Part shown: in pieces, positions 45,992-54,836 of the stretch
Numbering within the stretch: the stretch's first letter is position 1
How the letters are laid out: each line of letters opens with the position of its first letter
Source of the DNA: an uncultured Erysipelotrichaceae bacterium
GTDB lineage: Bacteria; Bacillota_I; Bacilli_A; RF39; UBA660
Reading direction: 5' to 3'
Assembly (NCBI GenBank): GCA_902789225.1
Contig: CADANC010000001.1
Span: forward strand, 201,438-265,437
DNA length: 64,000 nucleotides
Translations under genes and position numbers: made by a program
The notes under the pieces: generated by a model
The model's database searches: none
What the model saw: only the letters and a program-made list of their open reading frames with translations
What the model was told of the DNA's origin: nothing

Positions 45992-46690
45992 TTAATTCTG
46001 AGTCAAATTATTATTATCATTATTATTATTTTCATTATTATTTATTTCTTCTATAGTTTTATTTTCAATAGGAACAGGAATATCTTCTTTTTTAACTTCA
46101 GTTTCTTGTAGTTGAGAAATAGGATTATTTTTATTAATGAAATTTTTATAATTTTTTAAAAGTAATAATAAGCCTACCCCTAGAACTATTCCTAAAACTA
46201 TCTTTAAAATAAAGAATGATAATATCATACAACAAGCTCCAGCTAAACCTGCATAAATACCATTAATATTATTTTTTCTTAAAACAATAATTGAATAAGT
46301 AAAACAAACTATAGCAAACAAGTCAAAAATACCATGATAAGAAACAAATTCTACTACACAGACAATAAGCATTATAACAACAAATATTGAAGCATTCTTA
46401 CATCTATTAGTCAAATCATTATTATCAATAATTGCAGTATTAGAAAAAAACAATAATCCAGAATGTTTAATTTTATTAGTGGTTTCATCTATTAACTCAG
46501 CTTTTTGTTCTTGAGTCAAAGTATTTTTTGATTTCATTTGATCATTATCATAATAACTAGTTAAATTTTCTGTAAATTGAGTATTTTTATCTACAATTCT
46601 ATTTCCATTATCATCAAATACTCTACTTTGATCATTAATATCAGTAGAAATATTTTCAGTATTAATTTGATTATTCTGTTTCTCGTTCAT
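45992..46690 (-). CDS. Membrane protein with an Asn/Gln-rich N-terminal region
   Basis: 232 aa with 3-4 TM helices. Confidence 0.5.
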   Translation of the reverse strand: MNEKQNNQINTENISTDINDQSRVFDDNGNRIVDKNTQFTENLTSYYDNDQMKSKNTLTQEQKAELIDETTNKIKHSGLLFFSNTAIIDNNDLTNRCKNASIFVVIMLIVCVVEFVSYHGIFDLFAIVCFTYSIIVLRKNNINGIYAGLAGACCMILSFFILKIVLGIVLGVGLLLLLKNYKNFINKNNPISQLQETEVKKEDIPVPIENKTIEEINNNENNNNDNNNLTQN

Positions 46691-46883
46691 CTACATCCTC
46701 CATATCTTCATTAAAATAATGATTACAAAATCTACAATAATATTTAGGAGAATCTTCATATATAACACATCCTCCTAATATTATTTTATTATCATCTATT
46801 TCTTTTTTTAAGTCATCATCATCTAAGTTTACCTTGCCATATATTATTTCACTTAATTCATTTCCACAATTAGGGCAATTCAT
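46671..46883 (-). CDS. Small zinc-ribbon protein
   Basis: Has CPNCGNEL...YYCRFCNHYF. The tracked ORF start at 46946 is a TTG, so the ATG (MNCPNCG) at 46883 is preferred. Confidence 0.45.
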   Translation of the reverse strand: MNCPNCGNELSEIIYGKVNLDDDDLKKEIDDNKIILGGCVIYEDSPKYYCRFCNHYFNEDMEDVDERETE

Positions 46884-46946
46884 ATTATCACATCCTAAAA
46901 TAATATTAACACATAATTCAAAAATATGATACAATAGTTGTGTCAA

Positions 46947-47033
46947 GCCTCTATGGCGGAATTGGTAGACGCGGTAGACTCAAAATCTACTTCTAGCAAT
47001 AGAGTTCCGGTTCGAGTCCGGATAGGGGCACCA
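46947..47033 (+). tRNA. tRNA-Leu (anticodon CAA), with encoded CCA
   Basis: Hand-fold: acceptor GCCTCTA/TAGGGGC with one G-U pair, anticodon stem GTAGA/TCTAC with loop CTCAAAA, a long variable arm, and T-loop GGTTCGAGTCC. Confidence 0.8.
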
Positions 47034-47043
47034 ATATAATATA

Positions 47044-47072
47044 AAAAAAACAACTCATAGAGTTGTTTTAAT
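47044..47072 (+). terminator. Intrinsic terminator after tRNA-Leu
   Basis: aaacaactc-atag-agttgttt followed by a T-run. Confidence 0.55.
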
Positions 47073-47134
47073 TTATCTTATTAATTTTATTTTACTTATA
47101 AAAAAACTCTTCTTTCGAAGAGTAAATATCATAT

Positions 47135-47212
47135 TGGTGCCGAAGAGATGGACTTACACCACTAACCATTCACAAACAAAGTGACTGCTCTAGAATTGAG
47201 CTACTTCGGCAT
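47135..47212 (-). pseudogene. tRNA-like remnant / degenerate tRNA (perfect 7-bp acceptor stem and D-arm, 3' ACCA, poor T-arm)
   Basis: The minus strand reads GCCGAAG-TA-GCTC-AATTCTA-GAGC-A-GTCAC-TTTGTTT-GTGAA...CTTCGGC-A-CCA. The anticodon-loop centre is TGT, and the T-arm cannot be paired. Confidence 0.35.
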
Positions 47213-47326
47213 TTCTTATGTAATTATAATAACAAAAAACAAAGAAAATGTAAATACTTTTTGTTTAATTAGAAGTATTTATCTGCAAATAAAAAAAGAA
47301 ATAGTTCTAAACTATTTCCTTTTTTA

Positions 47327-48382
47327 TTATTTTTCATGCATAGACTTCTTCATTTGTTTTAAAAGAATAGCAAATCCAAATATTAAGAATATAAAGTTAG
47401 CAAGACCACCTATTATCGGAATATACTTAATAATAAAAATCACAAATAAAGAGATTCCTAACATAGCATATTCATTACTAATTTTATCTTTTAATATCCA
47501 TCCACCTAAATAATAAGCAGTAGGTATTAAAGAAATATAAATAAATATACCATATAATAATAAAGCAATAATACTTATTGGAATACCAATAACAGTAAAT
47601 AAAGCAATAATAGCTAAAAGTGGTATAAGTAGTAATAATCCTAATCCAATTAAAGAATTCTTAAGAAAACAATTTACGCTTTTTTCTTCTTTACTTATTT
47701 GTTTAAATAGTTTTTTATTAGTACCTAGTAAAATAAACGCTACTAATAATAATGATAAGAAACTAGTAACAGCAGAAATAATTGTATCTTTAATAGTTAC
47801 TTCAGTATTCACTTCTTTTGTCTTATATGTTTCTTTATTTTGTACCTCTGCTGTTTCAGCAATTTTAATATTTGCCTTCTCAGGATATTTTAATGTACCA
47901 TTTACAGAAGCGTTTTCCCCAATAATAATTTCATCAGCTTCTATCTCCAAATCTCCTTTAATAGCACCATCAATAGTAACCTTACTACCCCCAATATAAG
48001 CATCTCTTGTAATATCAGAAGTAATCTTTATATCTTCAGCAGCAACATATAAATCCCTAATTTTAGAAGATTCAATAGTAACACTATTACCAGCAATAAA
48101 AGCATCTTTAGTATCAGCATTTACTAATTCAATATTATTACCTGCTACAAACAAATAATCTTGTTTATTAGATACAATAATATTATTACCAGCAGCAAAA
48201 CTTGCTCCATCTATAGTAGAAGATAAGTTAATATTATTACCAGCAAAAAATGATGTAGAATTAACCTCCTCTTCTAAGTTAATAGTTTCTCCTGCTTTAA
48301 ATGCATTCTTATCAGTAGCAAATACAGGAACTGTACAAATTACCAATAAAAAAATTGTTATTATTATTAATTTTTTCTTCAT
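47327..48382 (-). CDS. Secreted beta-helical repeat protein (bactofilin/DUF4097-like ~18-aa repeats with F-x-AGNN) carrying a C-terminal polytopic membrane domain
   Basis: Signal peptide, then repeats FFAGNNINL / FAAGNNIIV / FVAGNNIEL / FIAGNSVTI, then about 4 TM helices. Confidence 0.4.
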   Translation of the reverse strand: MKKKLIIITIFLLVICTVPVFATDKNAFKAGETINLEEEVNSTSFFAGNNINLSSTIDGASFAAGNNIIVSNKQDYLFVAGNNIELVNADTKDAFIAGNSVTIESSKIRDLYVAAEDIKITSDITRDAYIGGSKVTIDGAIKGDLEIEADEIIIGENASVNGTLKYPEKANIKIAETAEVQNKETYKTKEVNTEVTIKDTIISAVTSFLSLLLVAFILLGTNKKLFKQISKEEKSVNCFLKNSLIGLGLLLLIPLLAIIALFTVIGIPISIIALLLYGIFIYISLIPTAYYLGGWILKDKISNEYAMLGISLFVIFIIKYIPIIGGLANFIFLIFGFAILLKQMKKSMHEK

Positions 48383-48456
48383 ACTCCATCTCCTTAATAA
48401 TTAAATTATACTACATATTTTTCAATATAATAGCAATTCTTTTAAATTTTGATTTT

Positions 48457-49026
48457 TTATTCACTTTCAACATATTTTGAAGTATATAAATCACTATTTT
48501 CATCAACTTCTTCAGTATTTTGTTCTATAAATTTAGAAACATCAGGTAATTCATCAATAGAAGATAATCCAAAATAATCTAAAAATTCATTAGTTGTTTC
48601 ATATAAAATAGGTCTTCCAGGTAAATTACTTCTACCACTCTCTTTAATAAAGCCTTTAGCAACTAATTTTCTAATTATTTGAACTGAAGAAACTCCTCTA
48701 AGATTATCTATTTTCATCCTAGTAATTGGCTCATTATATGCAATAATTGCTAGAGTCTCTAACGCTGCTTGACTAAGCTTATTAGACATAGGATTTTCAA
48801 TTAATTTTTGATAATAATCTTTATGTTCTTCTTTAGTAGTTAATTTAAATCTATTACCTAAAAAATCTATTCTTAAACCACGAGACTCATCTTCATAATC
48901 AGACTTTAATTCTTTAATTAACTCTTTAGAAGCATTTTCATCTATATCTAAAATATCCATTATTTGATCAATAGTTAATCCATCTTCTCCAACAACAAAT
49001 AATAGTCCTTCTAATACTGCCTTCAT
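48457..49026 (-). CDS. scpB: Segregation and condensation protein B
   Basis: 189 aa with a winged-helix pair. It is adjacent to scpA. Confidence 0.8.
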   Translation of the reverse strand: MKAVLEGLLFVVGEDGLTIDQIMDILDIDENASKELIKELKSDYEDESRGLRIDFLGNRFKLTTKEEHKDYYQKLIENPMSNKLSQAALETLAIIAYNEPITRMKIDNLRGVSSVQIIRKLVAKGFIKESGRSNLPGRPILYETTNEFLDYFGLSSIDELPDVSKFIEQNTEEVDENSDLYTSKYVESE

Positions 49027-49749
49027 CTATACACTCTCCACAATTATATCTCCAAAAGTATCATCTTGATTAATAGTCAATTCTTTATTTTTACACATCT
49101 CAAGAATTGCTAAAAATGTAACAACTATATAGTCTTTACTATTATATTCAAATAACTTAAAAAAAGATACTTTCTTATTACTTTTTAATATATTTCTAAT
49201 ATCACTGCATCTTTTAGTAATACTAATTTCATTTACAGTTACTTTAGTTTTCAAAGGTTTATTCTTTTTATTTCTTTCTAGAAATAATTTAAAAGCATTA
49301 ACCAAATCATCTATTTCACCATTTTGTTCAATAGGTTTATCATCAATATAATTATTAATGTTTTCAGGTAATTTAGTATAAATAAAACTTCTATTTTCAT
49401 TTTTTTCTTCTAAAATATTACTTATTTTCTTATATGCCTCATATTCAAGCAATCTATTAATTAAGTCTTCTTTAGAATTAATTTCTTCTTCATCTTCAGA
49501 TTCAATACTCTCATTAGGTAGCAACAATTTACTCTTAATTTGTATTAATTCACTAGCCATAACTAAATATTCAGAAGCTACCTCTATATTCATTTTTTCT
49601 AAAGAATTAATATATTCTACATATTGATCAGTTATTTTTTCAATTTGAATATTCATTATATCCATCTCATTAACTTTAATAAGATGAAGTAATAAGTCTA
49701 AAGGTCCTTCAAAGTCATTTATTTTAAAGTCATAATTCATACTTTTCAC
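49027..49749 (-). CDS. scpA: Segregation and condensation protein A (kleisin)
   Basis: Has FEGPLDLLLHLI at the N-terminus. 240 aa. Confidence 0.8.
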   Translation of the reverse strand: MKSMNYDFKINDFEGPLDLLLHLIKVNEMDIMNIQIEKITDQYVEYINSLEKMNIEVASEYLVMASELIQIKSKLLLPNESIESEDEEEINSKEDLINRLLEYEAYKKISNILEEKNENRSFIYTKLPENINNYIDDKPIEQNGEIDDLVNAFKLFLERNKKNKPLKTKVTVNEISITKRCSDIRNILKSNKKVSFFKLFEYNSKDYIVVTFLAILEMCKNKELTINQDDTFGDIIVESV

Positions 49750-49901
49750 CGAAATTATTATATCACAAAAAAGTAAGACTAGTCTATTTAGACTAGTCTA
49801 TGAGAGAATATGAAAAATTCATAGTAAGCTCATCACTTACATAATAATCATATCATACATTTTCTACATTTCAAGATATTTGTTGTTTTTTTCTAAAAAA
49901 T

Positions 49902-51062
49902 TTACAAATAAAACAGCTTATCTTTTCTTTGATTAATAACTTCTTCTATAGCATTATTAGCCATAAAATAATTAGAAAACACTCCGTTATATTTATTAAG
50001 TAAAGCAGGATAATTATTAGTAATTTCTCTACAAATAGATATTCCATATCCCTCTTTTATATAATTACTAACATTAGTCATATTAATATCTTTAATACTA
50101 GGAAATTCACTAATCTCTTTATTATAAGCACTTAATATAGCATTAATAAATTCTTTTGCTTTCCATTTCTTATATTTATTTAATTTATATATTAATCCAG
50201 CTTCTTCTAATCCTAAAACATCATCAATACTATATCTACTTAATAATTTAAAATATTCGATTTTTTCAAAGTAAAAATGTTTTCCCATTAAAACCCTAAA
50301 AGCTTTTAAGGTATCAAGATAACCCAAATTAATATTATGATCAATCTTCTCTTTATTAAATTCAAAAGTACCACCTAAATCTTCAGTAGGCTTAATTACT
50401 TTGAAATAAATGTCATCACCCATAGTTCTTCTAATCATACCTATTCCATTAATATCAATTAATATAATATTTTTATATCCCTTATTAATTAACATATTAA
50501 TAGGCATATTATCATATAAACCACCATCTAAATATACGTTACCCCCTATTTTCTGAGGTTTAAAAATAGGAAAGCAAGATGAAGCAAGAAGATAGTCAAT
50601 CATTTTGTCTTTAGGTATATCATCTCTATACAGTTCTATTCCAGTCTCTTTAGATAAATCATATGTCATAATACCAAAATCTATTTTAGATTTATATAAT
50701 TTATCCAAATTTATATATTTATTCATTAGTTTTCTTAAAGGCTCATTAGAAATACCCTTATTGCGAAAATACTCATTCGCAATCTTCAAAATATTATCAG
50801 GACTTAATAAATTCTTAGAAACATCCAATTTATTCTTTTCACTAACCTCCATAATATCTTTCATCTCAATATTATGATATAAATCTTCTAATAATTTTAA
50901 ATCCCCTTGTACAAACAAAGCTGCATTAATAGAACCTATAGATGCTCCGGAAACAGCTCCTATTTTTATATGCATTTCTTTTAATGCTTTCAATGCTCCT
51001 ACTTGATAAGAACCTTTAGTTCCACCACCAGAAAAAACTAATCCATATTTTGTATTATTCAT
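49902..51062 (-). CDS. Patatin-like phospholipase
   Basis: Has GGGTKGSYQVGA (oxyanion), GASIGSINAA (GxSxG) and the DGG motif YLDGGLYDN. Confidence 0.75.
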   Translation of the reverse strand: MNNTKYGLVFSGGGTKGSYQVGALKALKEMHIKIGAVSGASIGSINAALFVQGDLKLLEDLYHNIEMKDIMEVSEKNKLDVSKNLLSPDNILKIANEYFRNKGISNEPLRKLMNKYINLDKLYKSKIDFGIMTYDLSKETGIELYRDDIPKDKMIDYLLASSCFPIFKPQKIGGNVYLDGGLYDNMPINMLINKGYKNIILIDINGIGMIRRTMGDDIYFKVIKPTEDLGGTFEFNKEKIDHNINLGYLDTLKAFRVLMGKHFYFEKIEYFKLLSRYSIDDVLGLEEAGLIYKLNKYKKWKAKEFINAILSAYNKEISEFPSIKDINMTNVSNYIKEGYGISICREITNNYPALLNKYNGVFSNYFMANNAIEEVINQRKDKLFYL

Positions 51063-51125
51063 ATTATCACCACTTTAATATTATCATAATAATATATTTA
51101 ATGATATAATTTAATTGGTGAAACT

Positions 51126-51428
51126 ATGAAAAGATTTAATGAATTAGACGAAGAATTTATTTGCCTAAATTGTGGAAAAAAAGTAGAAAAATTAGAATAT
51201 TCATCTAGAGATCATTGTCCACATTGCCTATATTCACTACATGTGGATATAAACCCAGGTGATAGACAAAATAATTGTAAAGGTCTACTAAAACCAATAG
51301 ACCTAGAAAAATTTAAAGATACATATAAGATTATTTATAAATGTGAAAAGTGTAATCAATTACATAAAAATATTATGGCAAAAGATGACAACTATGAAGA
51401 AATAATAAAATTAACAAACAATAAATAA
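51126..51428 (+). CDS. RNHCP-domain zinc-ribbon protein
   Basis: Has CLNCGKKV...RDHCPHCLYSLHVD...CEKCNQLH. Confidence 0.55.
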   Translation: MKRFNELDEEFICLNCGKKVEKLEYSSRDHCPHCLYSLHVDINPGDRQNNCKGLLKPIDLEKFKDTYKIIYKCEKCNQLHKNIMAKDDNYEEIIKLTNNK

Positions 51429-51444
51429 AACCTACTAAGTAGGT

Positions 51445-51918
51445 TTATTTTTTATCTGTTGAACCAAATCCTCCAGTTCTTTTTCCAGTTGCATTATCTC
51501 CATCACATATCAAATACTTTGTAAACATAACTTGTGCTATTGCATCCCCTTTTTTAATATGTATAACTTTATCACTACAATTAAATATTTGAACCATAAA
51601 ATGTCCATCGTTATCTTGATTTTCATAATAATCAGCATCGATTAATCCCAACCCATGTGGAGTCAAAAGTCCCTTTTTTGGTCCACCAGATCTATTCATC
51701 AAAAAATAACATTCATCATCTTGACAATATGCTTTTAAACCAGTTGGAATAAGTGTTGGTTTAATACCAGGCTTAAATACTGGAACATCAATGTCTTCTG
51801 CTGCCTCTATATCATAAGCAGCAGATCTAGATGTCTTTCTAACAGGTAAATTAATATTTTTGTCTTCCCATCCTTTAGCAATTTCAAATCCTCTAGTTTT
51901 CATAATAATTACCTCCAT
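51445..51918 (-). CDS. dut: dUTP diphosphatase
   Basis: About 150 aa, trimeric dUTPase motifs (AAYDI..., GLIDADY). Confidence 0.75.
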   Translation of the reverse strand: MEVIIMKTRGFEIAKGWEDKNINLPVRKTSRSAAYDIEAAEDIDVPVFKPGIKPTLIPTGLKAYCQDDECYFLMNRSGGPKKGLLTPHGLGLIDADYYENQDNDGHFMVQIFNCSDKVIHIKKGDAIAQVMFTKYLICDGDNATGKRTGGFGSTDKK

Positions 51919-51970
51919 ATCTATAATAACATATTTTATAAATAATAAAAAAAGATAAAAGATTTCTCTT

Positions 51971-54133
51971 TTATCTAGGAAGTAAGCTCAAACTTACTTT
52001 TTCTTTTTCTAAAGATATATCATCAACATAGCAATCTACTATATCACCTACACTAAATAAATCACTTGGATGTTTAATATATTGATTAGATAATTTACTA
52101 ATATGAGCTAATCCATCATTATGTAGACCAATATCTATAAATAAACCAAAGTCTACTACATTTCTAACAGTACCTTGTAATTTATCACCTATCTTTAAAT
52201 CTTTAATATCAAGAACATCACTTTTTAATATTGGTTGAGGCATTTCATCTCTAGGATCTAAATTAGGTTTCTTTAAACTAATCATAACATCTTCTAATGT
52301 ATAATTATCTGTTCCTAAATCTTTAGCCATTTCACTAACATTAACATTACCTAGTTTTTCTTTAATATTATCAGTACCAATATCATTCAAAGTACAATTA
52401 ATTTTATCAAGTAATTTTAAAGCAATATCATAACTCTCTGGATGTATTGCGGTAGAATCAAGTATATTATCTCCATCAGCTATTCTTAAGAAGCCAATAG
52501 CTTGTTCATAAGTTTTATCTGTTAATATTTTTTTCTTCTTTAATTCTTCTCTTGAATTAATTCTACCCATTTTTTCTCTATATTCAATAATCTTATCAAT
52601 AGTTTTCTTAGTAATACCAGAAACATATTTTAATAATGATTTAGAAGCAGTATTTATATTTACTCCTACACTATTAACACATTTTTCTACTACAAAATCT
52701 AATGAAGTTGATAATTTTGATTTTTGAACATCATGTTGATATAAACCAACTCCTATTCCTTCAGGCGGTATCTTAACAAGTTCAGCTAGTGGATCTTGAC
52801 ATCTTCTACCAATACTAACAGCGCTTCTTTTTTCTACTGCTAAATCAGGAAATTCTTCTATTGCTACATCACTTGCTGAATAAATTGATGCCCCTGCTTC
52901 ACTAACTATAATATATTTACATTTTAAATTATATTGTTTAATCATTTTAGCACAGAACTTTTCACTTTCACGAGAAGCAGTACCATTACCTATTGCAATA
53001 ATATCAACATTATATTTATTTACTAAATCTACTACTATTTTCATAGAAGGCTCTTCTAATTCTTCTTCTTTTCCTTTTAAGAAAGGTTTAATAACAGTAG
53101 AATCTAAATATTTACCAGTCTTATCAATAACAGCTAACTTGCAACCATTAACAAAACCAGGATCAAAAGCAAGAATTATTTTTTCTTTCATAGGAGGAGT
53201 TAATAATAAAGCTTCTAAATTCTTACCAAAATTATCTATAGCAGCAATCTCACCTTTTTCAGTTAAATCACTTCTAACTTCTCTTTCTACACTAGGTTCT
53301 ATTAATCTCTTATAAGAATCTTCAATAGCTTCTTTAACATAATTAACTACAAAACTATCTTTATTTTTAATAATTTTACTCTCTATATAATTAATTATTT
53401 CTTCTTTTTCTACATCTATACTTACATTAAGTATTTTTTCGTTTTCTCCTCTATTTAGAGCTAAAATTCTATGAGGTTTAATAGATTTAACAGCTTCATT
53501 ATAGTCATAGTACATTTCATATATTTTACCTTCATCTACAGCACCTTTTTTTATTTTAGATACAATAACACCATTTTTATAGAAATAACTTCTTATCCAC
53601 TTTCTATATGAAGCATTATCACTAATCCATTCAGCTATTATATATTTAGCACCTTCAATACATTTATCTTCATTCAAATCATCTTTTATAAATTTAGAGC
53701 AAATACTTTTAATATCACCACTTGTTGGAAAAGACATTATTATTTTTGCCAAAGGTTCTAATCCCAACTTAATAGCTTCAGTTGCCTTAGTCTTTTTCTT
53801 TTCTTTATAAGGTCTATATAAATCTTCTACTTCAACTAACTTAATACAATTCATTATTGAATTTTTTAATTCATCAGTAAGTAGTCCTTTTTCATCAATT
53901 AATCTAATAACATCTTCTTTTCTTTTCAATAAATTAACTTGATAGTCATATACTTCACCAATTGCTTTAATCTTTTCTTCATCTAATCCACCAGTAGCTT
54001 CTTTTCTATATCTCGCAATAAAAGGAATAGTATTTCCTTCATTTAATAAATCAAGTACAGTCCTAGCTTGTTTATCACTAATATCTAAATCTTTACTAAT
54101 ATTTTTAATTATGTCTTCATTCATCTTAATCAC
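51971..54133 (-). CDS. tex: Transcription accessory protein Tex (S1 domain, YqgF/HhH)
   Basis: 720 aa with a C-terminal S1 domain (GDKLQGTVRNVVDFGLFIDIG). Confidence 0.9.
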   Translation of the reverse strand: MIKMNEDIIKNISKDLDISDKQARTVLDLLNEGNTIPFIARYRKEATGGLDEEKIKAIGEVYDYQVNLLKRKEDVIRLIDEKGLLTDELKNSIMNCIKLVEVEDLYRPYKEKKKTKATEAIKLGLEPLAKIIMSFPTSGDIKSICSKFIKDDLNEDKCIEGAKYIIAEWISDNASYRKWIRSYFYKNGVIVSKIKKGAVDEGKIYEMYYDYNEAVKSIKPHRILALNRGENEKILNVSIDVEKEEIINYIESKIIKNKDSFVVNYVKEAIEDSYKRLIEPSVEREVRSDLTEKGEIAAIDNFGKNLEALLLTPPMKEKIILAFDPGFVNGCKLAVIDKTGKYLDSTVIKPFLKGKEEELEEPSMKIVVDLVNKYNVDIIAIGNGTASRESEKFCAKMIKQYNLKCKYIIVSEAGASIYSASDVAIEEFPDLAVEKRSAVSIGRRCQDPLAELVKIPPEGIGVGLYQHDVQKSKLSTSLDFVVEKCVNSVGVNINTASKSLLKYVSGITKKTIDKIIEYREKMGRINSREELKKKKILTDKTYEQAIGFLRIADGDNILDSTAIHPESYDIALKLLDKINCTLNDIGTDNIKEKLGNVNVSEMAKDLGTDNYTLEDVMISLKKPNLDPRDEMPQPILKSDVLDIKDLKIGDKLQGTVRNVVDFGLFIDIGLHNDGLAHISKLSNQYIKHPSDLFSVGDIVDCYVDDISLEKEKVSLSLLPR

Positions 54134-54177
54134 CAGTTTCTATTATAACATTAAAAAAGTTTTGATTAAATCAAAAC

Positions 54178-54834
54178 TTAATATCCATTTCTAATTACAT
54201 TATAAGTAATATTACTTATACCATATTGATAAGCTTCTTCATTACTATTAACTAAAATATCAAATACTCTATTTTTGTTAGTACCTATCATACCACCTCT
54301 ATCTAGGCAAATTCCATTAAAATCACCTAAAGGAGTACCACTAATACTAACAACAGTTCCATAAGGATATTCCTTACCACAGGCCATTGCTCTAACATGT
54401 CCATATGTTGGATCATTATAAAAAACTCCATCTAGTGCAGCACCACTTCCAAGATTTCCTCCACAACCAGAACATTTTAATGAATAATAACTTACTTTAC
54501 CTGATGCTACACCATCACCAGAAATATTAAATTCAATAAGATCACCACTATTTATAGCAACATTATTATTTTTCTGTCTTTCTCTTTCTTTTTGCTTCTC
54601 TTTTTCCTCTTCTTCTTTTCTTAGTTGAACATCATCTATTTGATTAACTAAATTTGTATTTAAAGCCCTATCAAGCTTATTACTACCTAAATTAGTATAT
54701 GAATATTTAATAGGTTTCAATAAGAAAACACCACTAAATACAAGGAATAAAGATAAATAGATAAGTGCATAGCTCATCTTTTTCATAAAAATTACCTCTA
54801 TAAAGATAATACCATAATAAAAAAGGATTAACAA
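54178..54834 (-). CDS. 3D-domain (MltA/YuiC-like) cell-wall-binding/lytic protein, membrane-anchored
   Basis: C-terminal YGTVVSISGTPLGDFNGICLDRGGMIG...FDIL. N-terminal TM helix and a charged EKER linker. Confidence 0.65.
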   Translation of the reverse strand: MLILFYYGIIFIEVIFMKKMSYALIYLSLFLVFSGVFLLKPIKYSYTNLGSNKLDRALNTNLVNQIDDVQLRKEEEEKEKQKERERQKNNNVAINSGDLIEFNISGDGVASGKVSYYSLKCSGCGGNLGSGAALDGVFYNDPTYGHVRAMACGKEYPYGTVVSISGTPLGDFNGICLDRGGMIGTNKNRVFDILVNSNEEAYQYGISNITYNVIRNGY

Positions 54835-54836
54835 TG

